A stretch of 64,000 nt of DNA from Eledone cirrhosa (lineage: Eukaryota): the NCBI GenBank assembly GCA_964016885.1, contig OZ024742.1, positions 201,500,001 through 201,564,000 of the forward strand. The letters are read 5' to 3'. Of this stretch, positions 39,263 to 50,953 are shown one piece after another (the stretch's first letter is position 1; each line of letters starts with the position of its first letter). A program made the position numbers and the translations under genes. Under the pieces are notes generated by a model. The model searched no databases, was not told the DNA's origin, and saw only the letters and a program-made list of their open reading frames with translations.

Positions 39263-42200
39263 TTTCTGTCTGACGCGTGAAACATCGCCGGTAAGATTTT
39301 TTGTAAATTTATATAAAATTTATATAAAACAGAATAAATTGTTTGAAAAAACATTATTTTGTAGATTAACCCCCCCAGCTGAATTGTCAACTGGGTGGTA
39401 ATCCCATTTTTCGCCCCTCTAGGGGCGAAAATATTATTTTCAAAAATTGTTTTAAAATATCAAATTTTGCCAACTTGAACAACACAATAAAGCTGGAGAA
39501 CATCAATAGAGAAAAGAGAGAGAAAGAGGCAGATATTAACGTTATATCTGCTTCTGCTACTATGGACGTCGCCATAGATACGACTGTCAACAAAGAGGAA
39601 AAAATGTTACCACTCAAACATTCTACAATTTCTACCGTCGAAGTGGAGAAAATAACACTAACTCACATGAAAACACAAATTAAACCTATTAACATACATA
39701 CACATGAAAAAGGCACTATGGGGATGGAAAGACGAAATCAAATTGTAAAAACAAATTCAAATCCAAACGACACAAATGACACCAAACAGTACAATGACAA
39801 CAACAACAAAGAAAAAAATAAAGACAACACCAATAATACCAGCATCAAAGACTACAACACCAACACCAAGGAAAATACGAACAATATCAACATCAGTGAC
39901 AACAAGAACAACAACAACAATATCAACAATAATGATAACAACAACAACACGAAAGAGAGCGGACTGGAGTCTCTTTCGCACAGGCGCTCCGAGAGACACA
40001 CACTTACAAGGCACTGGACATCTCGAATGCCAGGGAGTTGCTGAAGGAGACAAGAAATTGTGTAACTTTTGGGGAAGGTGGGGAATTCACAATTACCTCC
40101 CCCGAACAAATTAGAAAAGACACAGTCCTCAGAACTTTAAATTTTAGAACAATTTCCAATGCAACTAGGAAACCGGCTCAATTATCTAAGTAATGCCTGG
40201 AAAGATATCGCTTTCATACAGAAAGCGAAACTGTATGGAAGCATATCTGTGCTAATGAAAGATCAATTGGTGGCACGGAAATACTCTGTATCGCCAATCG
40301 TATGCAAATCATACATCTTTTTCCCCACATATTTGGGGAAAAGAACACAAAGGATAAGAATCTCGGGCATCAGGCTAAATGCGAGCATTTGGTGGGTGCT
40401 AATGGGATTCTTAGACGATGAGGACACAATCCTCTCGATAGACGAATCCACCGGGGGCGTATTCGGCAGCAATAGCCTTGAAGTTCTGGTCCAAATGAGA
40501 CCAGAACGGATAGCAAGAATACCGCAGCGGGTATCCCTGGATGGAGTTGCCTTCATAAACATTTCTGTCGAGCGCAGGCTGCCTTCATGCTACCACTGTT
40601 CAAGAATTGGTCACCTGAGGGCTTCCTGTCCCCTTTTAAATCCCCCCCCCCCAAAAAAAAACCGCTCCTGCCCACCCCACCCACAACAACAACACAGCCA
40701 CCACAACACGAAAAAATAACAACACAAGACACCGTCCCACCCAACCCTTCCCCACCTAAAACAAACAAAAGCACCCGCAACTACAACAAAACCCCAAAAT
40801 ATACCCCTCCCCAGACAACACGGACGAGGACCCCTTATCAACGTCACCCAGTGACGACGAGGGAGAACCCTTTCAATCAGCAACAAGAAAGAAAAGAAAG
40901 CACCACATTAACAAAAAATGCAACAAACACACAACCACCAGCACAAACAGAACAAACATCACAAACAAAAAACCCACCCCTCCCGAAAACATAACACATA
41001 CTACAAAACGCAAACACACACAAGATCAACAAACAAACACAACACAACAAAAACAGTATACAAACAATAGACAAAGACCCTTCGGTGGAAACCGAAGGGA
41101 AAATGTTCACCAACGTGGCGACTAAACCGCATTTAAAAATGATTAATGTCCCAAGGGACACCTACGCAATGCTATACAGAACTTCCCCGAGGACGTGAGG
41201 AACTCCTGTACTAGACCCATCAATCGCGTCCTTTTGAAATGTTTCCCCACCACCACCCCATACACCCCTCCCCCACCAAACACCCCCACCCCACCACACA
41301 CTGATCTCCCCACCACATCCCAACCACCACCCCACCAAACAACCCCTCTGACACCCCCATGGAGAGTGTGCATCCTGGTCCCCAGGAGAGGGACAGGTAG
41401 GTGTCTTTTCCTGTTTCTTCACTTTAACTCTTCACCACCAACATGGCTGTTATAAAAGTTGGATGTTTAAATGTGCGCGGCCTGGGGTTGTCCTGGAAGC
41501 AGGGCAAACACTTAAATGACCTCAGGTCGCACAGAATGGATGTGATAGCTATTTGTGAGTCCAGGATCAGCAGCGACACCAACTGGCCCCCATTTTCGAC
41601 GACTTTGAGATCTATCCATCTCTGTGTCATCCGGGGGGTGGGGAGGGGTGGTCGTTCTGCTGCAAAAATACCTTGCCCTCGCAACACGGAGGGTACACCT
41701 GGACACAGAGGGTCGACTGGTGGTTCTAGACGTCGGCAGTAGCGAAGGTGGAGCCTTCAGGCTGGTGGCAGCGTATGCCCCATCTGGGACACCGCCAGCG
41801 GATTTCTTCCAGCGCCTAGAGACTTTTCTGGGAACGTCCCGCTCCTTGCTTTTAGTGGGGGACTGGAATGGTATCCTGGATGCACGTTTGGACTATGTAG
41901 GGGCATGTCCCGATAGAGGAGGGTGTAACAGCCTCAAACGGTTAATCGGCCGATTAGATCTGGCCGATAGATATCGATTAGATTTTCCGACTCTGCCACT
42001 GTGGACGTGGACTAATCACGGCGCAAAATCTAGGTCGTACCTAGATAGGTTCCTAGGTAGAAACAAGGATAGGGACATATTAAGCTGTCCACGAATGTTC
42101 TTGGTTGACTATTCGGATCACAAGTACGTGACCGGAGTGGTCAACCTTGATAGAACCCATAGACAAGGACCCGGTTACTGGAAGCTAAACTTGTCCTTAC

Positions 42201-45078
42201 CGACAAACAAAGCATACAGTAAGCGGATTGGCACTTTAGTTAAACAGCACTTGACAGGGGCCATTGTCAACAACAGATGGTGGTACTCTCTCAAGAGGGA
42301 AGTTAGATTAGACTCGTTAGTTTTTAGTAAAGTATTAGCGTTAGATAGAAATAGGACCGACAAGGAACTGGTAGATAAAGTAGAGGAGGCAATTAGAAGT
42401 GGCAACGTAGCCAGCGTGCTAGCAACGAGAACGGCCTTGGACCAGTTCTTCGACGCAAAGCACGAGGGCTGCATTGTCAGAAGCAAAATACGTGCTTTGG
42501 GTAACGAGGGAGCCAAAGCTGTTAGCTGGGCCCGGGTGATGGAGGCAAAAACTGGCAACATGCCCACGATTCGGTCTTTGAAGGACAAAGATGGACGCGT
42601 GATACGTGAGCCGAAGTAGATGTGTGTGGCCTTTCAGCGGCACTTTGCTCAGCTGTTCGGGCAGGGCGGCGCGCCGGGAAGGGCTATGGATTTCGGTCCA
42701 TACCTCGACGGCCTACCGCGACTCTCGGACAGCGAGGCGAAGTTCTGCGAAAGGCCGATTTCAGCCGCTGAGATAGGGGACGCGCTGAGCCAATGGGGCA
42801 AACGCAAATCTCCATGTCTCGAAGGTCTACCCTATGAATTTTACGTAGCAATGCCGGACTTGTTCTCCGGTCTCCTGGAAGCGGTCTACTGCAACTGGCA
42901 GCAGAACGGGAGAAGTCCGAGTTCTGTGACCAGGGGCGTAGTCACAATAGTCAGGAAGGACGAGAATAAGGGGAATGAAATAGGCAACTTCCGGCCCATA
43001 ATTCTGCTAAACACAGAGTCACATATTCATTTTGGCAAAGGTGTTGGCAAAGAGGCTGGCGCTTGTCGAAAACCTGGTGGGAGAAGCGCAGACACGCGCA
43101 TCCCGACCAGGTCCATACACGACAACCTCCACCTCATACGATACATCGTAGAGAGGATAGGGTGTAAACCCGGCTTCGGTAGGGCCCTGATCAACATTGA
43201 TCAGTCTATGGCTTTCGATAGGGTTGACCATCCTTACCTGGATGCAGTGTTCGAGGCAGCAGCCTTCGGAACCGTGTTAAGGGGCTGGATTGCTGCAATG
43301 CACAACAGTAAGATCTGCTCAAGGCTCAAGGTGAACGGCTACCTCTCGGAGCCGTTCCATATCACGCGTACATATCTGTACGTACTGACTCTCGAGCCAC
43401 TACTGCGGAAGTTGGAGCTATTGCAGGGCATCCCTCTAGAACCGGGACTGCGGAAAGCGGCGTCGGCCTACGCCGACGACGTCACGGTAATGGTGTCGAG
43501 CACCTCGCATATCGAGGAAGTCGGCACCTTACTGAAGGAATACGAAAGGTTCACAGGAGCTAAGCTGAACCGGGACAAGTCCATCGGTTTGCAACTAGGA
43601 TCGTGGAGAGGCAGACCAATGCCTTCCGATGGCGTCGTCGGACGCTGGACGGAAGGACCGGTGAAGCTACACGGGGTTTGGTTTGGTCCGGACCTCCAGG
43701 TGGAGAAGAAATGGAACGAGGTGACCGCCAGAGTGTTTGCACTCATCCAGAAGTGGGCCGTGTATAAACTATCCTTGAAAGGTCGAGCGGAGGTTGCGAA
43801 GACTTTTATAGAGTCCGTCATCTACTACCGCTTGATCGTCGTGCCTTGTTCAGCCAAAACGCTCACCAAAATGGAGCGCGCGCTCTTCCAATTTCTTTGG
43901 AAGAAGCGGGCTCCTTTGGCGAGAAGATTCATCTGCTGCCAACACCCTTCCAACGGAGGGCTGGATATGCCGTGGCTGATGATGCGCAAACACGCGCTCA
44001 GGCTGCGACATCACTACGTATTCCTCACCGGACAACCGGTGTGGGCCCCGTTCGTGAGGCGAGCCTTCCTACGACACGTCTCGTTGACCGAGCTGCAGTC
44101 CTGGGTTAAGCAAAGACCGAGGAAAATGGGCGACTGGCACATCGAATGTGCTCAAGCGCTCACAGCCCTCTGGCAGACGGACCCGGCGACCGCTCATAGA
44201 GGTTTGATCCGCAGCAAGTGCGACGACGCGCTCGGAGAAACCCTGAGCATGGAGAAAGACGAACTGGCCAGTCTGTTCGGTTGAACCTTCCGCCGGGGCC
44301 GATGGACAACTTCCAAAAGTCCCTGGCCTGGCAGTGCTACCGAGGAGCTCTACCAGTTCGAGACAAGCTCTACAGACATGGGCGCCCGGGCAGGGGCCCT
44401 TCGAAAAAGATCTGTCCGAGATGCGTGCGAGACGAAGAAACCGTCGCGCACGCATTTATACACTGCCCGGGCGTTACCGACATGTGGGGCTATGTAGAAC
44501 GACTATTGTCGCGGGTGGGACCAATCCAGTTGACCACCGAGTCTATTGTCATGATCAAACCGCCACCTTCCTTCAAAAACGTAGGAGAGGCAGTTTTCCT
44601 TTGTGTGATAGCTATGGCGAAATAGGTTGTATGGTGGACAAGGTTGAAAGGGCTGAGGTCAGACACCATTCTATCCGGCCAACAACTGATTCTTTATTTC
44701 AAATACCACTTTAGAAGAAGAATCAGGATGGAGAGAGAGGTGCTGTACCCAGCAAGTTTTATGAAAGGTGGGTGAAAGTGGCGAGAATGGCCCGAGTGAA
44801 TGGGCATTCTCTCTATATCAGCCTGTAGGTTGAGGTAAAGGAGGAGGAGAGTAAACCGGTACAAACTCTTCGTACTCCTGGAGATGAGGGTTGCACATTT
44901 TTTCGGGGGTATGTGTTACCCATATAAACTGTCTCCCCCTATTGGGGAAAATCGACTAACTTTTTAAATTGCATTTGTGATAACATTTTACACGTTTTTA
45001 TTCTATGTGAACTTCCCCCTTTGTATTTGTCCGCTTCTTGTGCCCCGGTGGCTAATAAAGAAACATATCTATCTATTC

Positions 45079-45130
<52 letters not shown>
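39263..45130 (+). mobile_element. Tx1/L1-clade retrotransposon, unit B (mosaic)
   Basis: ORF1 knuckle CYHCSRIGHLRASC; ORF2 41443-44828 with GDWN, LDRF, SDH and YADD; AATAAA at 45054; (TATC)n 45066-45130. Confidence 0.9.
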
Positions 45131-45353
45131 CTCTACGATGGACACATGTGCTGAGCTCGCTCGGTAAGTTTTTGTTTAAATTCATACGGAAATTGTAAAC
45201 TGTAAACTTTCATTTTTGTACCATTTTGTAGAGGGACTGCCAGGTCAAATTTTGATCTGGTCGGTCTCTCATAATATTCTGCGCCTTTGGGCGAAATAGT
45301 ATTGTGAACATTTTATCTTTCGAAAAACTTCGAAAAACCCTATTTTGAGAAAA

Positions 45354-45530
45354 ATGGCTGAAGCATCTTCACCATCAATCAAAGAAGGAAAGGGGAAGTC
45401 ATACTCACAGCTTCCCCCTGCCACTGTCACAGCAGCAGATGCCAAAGGCAGAGGTCAGAGAGAGGAAGAATTGTCTTCACCTGTTGACCGACCACTAGAT
45501 GTAGCCACAACTACACAAGAATTTGAAAAC

Positions 45531-45561
<31 letters not shown>

Positions 45562-47207
45562 GCAACAATAAAGACAACAAAAACAACAACAACACAAACG
45601 TCACAAGTATCCACACACGAAACGAGAAAGACAACAACAACAACAAAGATGAAAACAACTCAAACGACGAGAAACAAAACAATACTAATATCCAAAACGA
45701 AAACAAAATATCTTTTGCACAAACGGCTAAATTATCAGTCGCTTATGTGCTGGAAGATATTTCAAAAGCAAAAGAAATGCTGGAAAAAGCCAAGAAATAT
45801 GTGTCTTTTGGCGAAAACGGATCGTTTTCTATACATTCACCTCCGGAGCTAAAAAGACAGACGGAATTACGAACTGTCGTATTCCGAACAATTTTAAATA
45901 AAACAAAGAAACCAGCGCAACCATCTCAAGCGGAAACTCAGTTAGTCTTGAAAGACGCGATGAGAGACATCACTTTCATACAAAAGGATAAACTCTATGG
46001 AAGTTTATCCATATTGATGAAAGACGAATTGGCGGCAAAAAAATACTCTGTGTCGCCAATTCGGTCCACACACTACACCTTCTTCCCCACCTACATGGGT
46101 AAAAAAACCCAGAGGATATGGATAACCACCATCACCCCAAACATAAACTACTGGTGGTTACTAACCGGTTTCCTCAATTTAGACGAGGACAACCTCATCT
46201 CAATAGGGAAGGCATCCGGCGACGCGTTCAGTGGAACGAGCCTCGAAGTTCTGACCCAAATAAGGCCAGAACGCATCGCCCAAATCCCTGAGCGCGTCAT
46301 GCTGGATGACCGTACCCACCTCAACATTATTGTGGAGGGTAGGCGTCCCTCCTGTTACCTCTGTGGCAATAGAGGTCACCTGAGGGCTGCCTGTCCCCAG
46401 CTCACACAGAAAAAAACACTGCTACCAACACCAATACCACCCCAACTACAACAACAAAAACAACCACAACAACAACAAAAACCAACAACCCCACCACCAC
46501 CACAACAACAACAACAACAAACACGTGAAAAAATAACACAGAATACTGTCCCACCCAATCCCTCCCCACCCAAAACAAATACAAAAACACGCACACCGCA
46601 AACACTACCAGAAAACATACCCCTCCCACCCAACAAGGAAGACGAACCTCTTTCGTCGCAAGACGAAAAAGATCCCTTCCAACAAGTAAAAAGAAAGAAG
46701 AGGAGACGCACCACAGACACACATGTTAACTTTAACCCCCCCCCCCCCAAGAGAACACAAACTACACACAAACCACCCCTCCCTGTCACACAACACTAAC
46801 TGCTACACACAAAAAGACCTTACAATACACATACATGAACACAGACAACAAAGAATTACGGAAAACAATTTCAACAAACCCTTCGGTCCAAACTGAAGGG
46901 CCAAACTTTATAACTGCTGTGGGACTACCTCATTTGAAAATGATAAAAGTCTCAATGCACTTGTACAAAACACTGAAAATAAATTTCACGGAGGACGTGG
47001 GCCCCCCCTGCGCCAAACCAATCAACCGCGTCCTCCTAAAAAATTTCACCCCCCCCACCCCACCCAGACACCGACTCAACGACAAACACCCCAACCCCAC
47101 AACACACCGATGCCCCTTCACTTCCACAAACCACCACCCCACCCAACAACCCATCCCCAACCAGCATGGAAATTGAGCGGCCCGTTTCCCGGGACGCAGA
47201 GAGGTAA
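45354..47207 (+). pseudogene. Unit C ORF1 (gag-like nucleic-acid-binding protein), frameshifted near the 3' end
   Basis: Asn-rich N-terminus, conserved core (FIQK.KLYGS, FFPTYMGK), CX2CX4HX4C knuckle, Pro/Gln/Thr-rich linker and PINRVLLK domain. Confidence 0.8.
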
Positions 47208-47231
47208 GTGCCTTTTCTCTTTACCACCAAC

Positions 47232-50200
47232 ATGGCTGTGCTAAGAGTAGGGTGTCTAAATGCGCGTGGCCTGGGCTCGTCTTGGAAGCAAGCAATGCTT
47301 CTAAATGACCTCAGGTCACAATCTATAAATGTGATGGTTATCTGCGAGGCCCGGATCAGCAGCATGCGACAGCTAGCCCCCACCTTTGACGACTTTGAGA
47401 TGCACGCATCTCTCTGTCAGCCCGGAGGTGGGGGTGGGGTTGTCGTTCTGCTGCAAAAACATATGGGCCTTGCAACACAGATAGTTCACTTGGACCCAGG
47501 GGGTCGACTGGTGGTGCTGGACCTTGGCAGTGGTGAAGGTAGAGCCCTTAGGCTGATAGCCGCATATGCCCCTTTTGGGACAGAGCGGCCCGACTTTTTC
47601 CAGCGTCTGGAGTCTTTTCTGGGGACGTCCCGTTCCCTGCTTTTAGTGGGGGATTGGAATGGTATCCTGGATGCACGTTGGGACTATGCAGGGGCATGTC
47701 CCGATAGAGAGGGGTGCAACAGCCTCAAGGGGTTACTCGGCCGATTTGACCTGGCCGATAGATTTCGACTAGATTTTCCGACGGTGCCAACCTGGTCTTG
47801 GTCAAATCGCAGCGGATCATCTAGATCGTACCTAGATAGATTTTTAGTTAGAAATAAGGACAGGGACTTTTTAAGTTGTCCAGAAATGCTCATGGTTGGC
47901 TATTCAGACCACAAGTTGGTGACCTGCATGGTCAACCTTGATAGAACGCATAGACAGGGCCCCGGTTACTGGAAGCTCAACTTGTCCTTGCCGGCAAGTA
48001 GAGCCTACAGGAATCGGATTAGTAGGTTAGTTAAGGAACGGTTGACTGGAGCGATCGTCAACAGCAGGTGGTGGGTATCTCTAAAGAGAGAGATTAGAGT
48101 AGTCTCGATTGAATTTAGTAAGGTTCTAGCTGCGGATAGGAATAGGAAGGAAAGGGAGCTAATAGATAGAGTAGAAGAGGCAATTAGAAGCGGCGACGTG
48201 GCCAGAGTGCTAGCGTCGAGAACGGCTTTGAGCCAGTTTTTCGACGCGAAGCACGAAGGCTGCGTTGTCCGAAATAAAATACGTGCTCTAGGGAACGAGG
48301 GGGCCAAAGCTGTTAGCTGGGCCCGCGTGACAGAGGCCAACAGTGGAACTAAATCCACCATCCGGTCTTTGCGAGACCTGGATGGACGGGCGATTCTTGA
48401 GCCTAAGCAGATGTGTGAGGCCTTTCAAAGGCACTTTGCCCGACTGTTCGGGAGGGGCGGGGAGCCGGTTGGAAACGTGGACTTCGGTCCATACCTCGAC
48501 GGCCTGCCGCGCCTCTCGGACAGGGAGGCGAAGTCTTGCGAGGAGCCGATTTCGGCCGCTGAGATAGAGGACGTGCTGGGCCAATGCGGCAAACGCAAAT
48601 CCCCGGGTCTCGATGGTCTTCCTTACGAATTATATCTAGCTATGCCGGACTTGTTCCCCGATCTCCTCGAGGCGGTCTACTGCAACTGGCAACAGAACGG
48701 GAGAATTCCCTGTACTGTGACCAAGGGCGTAGTCACGCTAGTGAGGAAGGACGAGAACAAGGGGGACGAAATAAGTAACTTCAGGCCCATAACTCTGCTA
48801 AATACAGAGTTACAGATTTTGGCCAAGGTGCTAGCAAAGAGGTTGGCGCTTGTCGTGGGCAACCTGGTGGGAGATGCGCAGACATGCGCTATCCCGTCCA
48901 GGTCCATCCATGACAACCTCCACCTCATGCGATACATCATAGAGAGGGTTGGGAACGAACCCGGCTTTGGTGGGGCTCTGATCAACTTGGATCAATCTAA
49001 GGCGTTCGATAGGGTCGACCATGGTTACCTGGATGCGGTGCTAGCGGCGGCAGGCTACGGACCCGTTTTCAGGGGCTGGATCACTGCTATGCACAGCAGC
49101 CGCATCTGCTCTAGGGTCAAGGTGAACGGCTACCTCTCGGAGCCGTTCAAAATCGCGCGGTCCATCCGACAAGGGTGCCCTCTCTCCTCCCTTCTGTATG
49201 TGTTGACTCTCGAGCCACTACTGCGGAAGTTGGAGTTGTTGCAGGGCATCCCTTTGGAACCGGGATTGCGGAAAGCGGTGTCAGCCTACGCCGATGATGT
49301 GACAGTAATGGTGTCGACGGCCTCCGAAATCGAGGCGGTCGGCACCTTACTGGAGGAGTACGAAAAGTTCACAGGGGCTAAGCTGAACCGGGACAAGTCG
49401 ATCGGTTTGCAACTCGGCACGTGGAGGGGCAGACCGATGCCCTCCGATGGCGTCGTCGGACGCTGGACGGAGGGCCCGGTGAAGTTGCTCGGGGTCTGGT
49501 TCGGACCGGACCTCCAGGTGGAGAAAAACTGGGCGGAGGTTACGAACAGGGTGTTTGCACTGACCCAGAAGTGGGCCAGTTGCAAACTATCCCTGAAAGG
49601 TCGGGCGTAGGTGGCGAACACTTATATAGCGTCCGTCATCTACTACCGCCTGACCGTAGTGCCCTGCCCAAGGGAAACCCTCACCAAGATGGAGCGCGCG
49701 CTCTTCCAATTCCTTTGGAAGGGGCGGGCTCCTATGGTGAGGAGATCCATCTGCTGTCAACACCCTTCGAAAGGAGGGCTGGGGATGCCGTGGCTAATGA
49801 TGCGTAAACACGCATTAAGGCTACGGCACCTCTACGTATTCCTCACCGGACAACCGGTGTGGGCCTCGTTTGTGAGACGAACCTTTCCCAGACTCGTCTC
49901 ACTCACCGAGCTGCAATCCTGGGTCAAGCAAAGACCGAGAAAACTGGGCGCCTGGCACACTGAGTGTGCCCAGGCGCTCACCGCCCTCTGGCAGGCGGAT
50001 CCGGTTATCAGTGGAGACTCCACCGCAACATTCTATAGAGGGCTGGTACGCAGCAGGTGCGACGACGCCCTCGGAGAAGCCCTAGACATGGAGGAGGACG
50101 AACTGGCCAGCCTGTTCGGTAGGACATTCAGCCCGGGACCTATGGACAACTTCCAGAAGTCCCTGGCCTGGCAGTGCTACCGAGGGGCTTTACCCGTTCG

Positions 50201-50669
50201 AGAAAGGCTCTACAGACACGGGCGCCCGGGTAGGGACCCCGCCAAAAAGATCTGTCCCAGATGCGTGTGCGACGAGGAAACCGTTGCACACGCATTGGTA
50301 CACTGCTCGGGCGTAGCCGATCTGTGGGGCTATGTCGAACAACTGCTGTCAAGGGTGGGACCGATCCGGTTGACCACCGAGTCTATTGTAATGATCAAGC
50401 CGCCTCCCCCCTTCAAAGATGAAGCAGAGGCGGTGTTTCTGTGCGTAATAGCCATGGCGAAAGAGGTTGTATGGTGGACGCGTCTGAAAGGACTGAGGTC
50501 AGGCACCTTTCTCTCTGGCCAACAACTGGTCCGTTTCTTCCGATATCATTTCGGAAGAAGGATCAGGATGGAGAGAGAGGTGCTGCACCCCAGTCGTTTT
50601 TATGAAAGGTGGGTGAAAGTGGCGAGAATGGCCCGTGTGAATGGGCCTTCTCTTTACATAAGCCTGTAG
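47232..50669 (+). pseudogene. Unit C ORF2 (APE-RT-CCHC, ~1145 codons) with a single TAG at 49608-49610
   Basis: Continuous frame apart from GRA*VANT, where the other units read GRAEVA. QGCPLS, YADD and CPRC..HALVHC are present. Confidence 0.92.
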
Positions 50670-50953
50670 GTGGAAAAGAGGAAGGAACGAGGGAGCACCC
50701 CCTCTCTGTGCTCCTGAGGAAAAGGGTTGCACACTTTTTTCGGGGGTGTGTGCGACCCCCCAAGGCGCCTCCTCTCTATTGAGGATTTTGTTAAAAATTT
50801 TATTTTTTGTTATATCTTATTTTATTTTTATATTTTGTTATTGCCTCCTCCTTATTGAGGACGCCTTTTTGTGTAAACTCCCCCCTTTGTACTTGTCCCA
50901 CTTTTGATGCCCTAGTGGCAAATAAAAGAAACTTATCTATATATCTCTCTATC

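Larger units (their letters stand above)
45131..50953 (+). mobile_element. Tx1/L1-clade retrotransposon, unit C (most intact)
   Basis: Long ORF1 and near-intact ORF2; AATAAA at 50921; short TATC-like tail. Confidence 0.92.

Noticed and set aside
49608-49610. Programmed readthrough of the TAG in unit C ORF2
   Set aside because: Units A, B and D have GAG (Glu) here, so it is a private mutation or base-call error.
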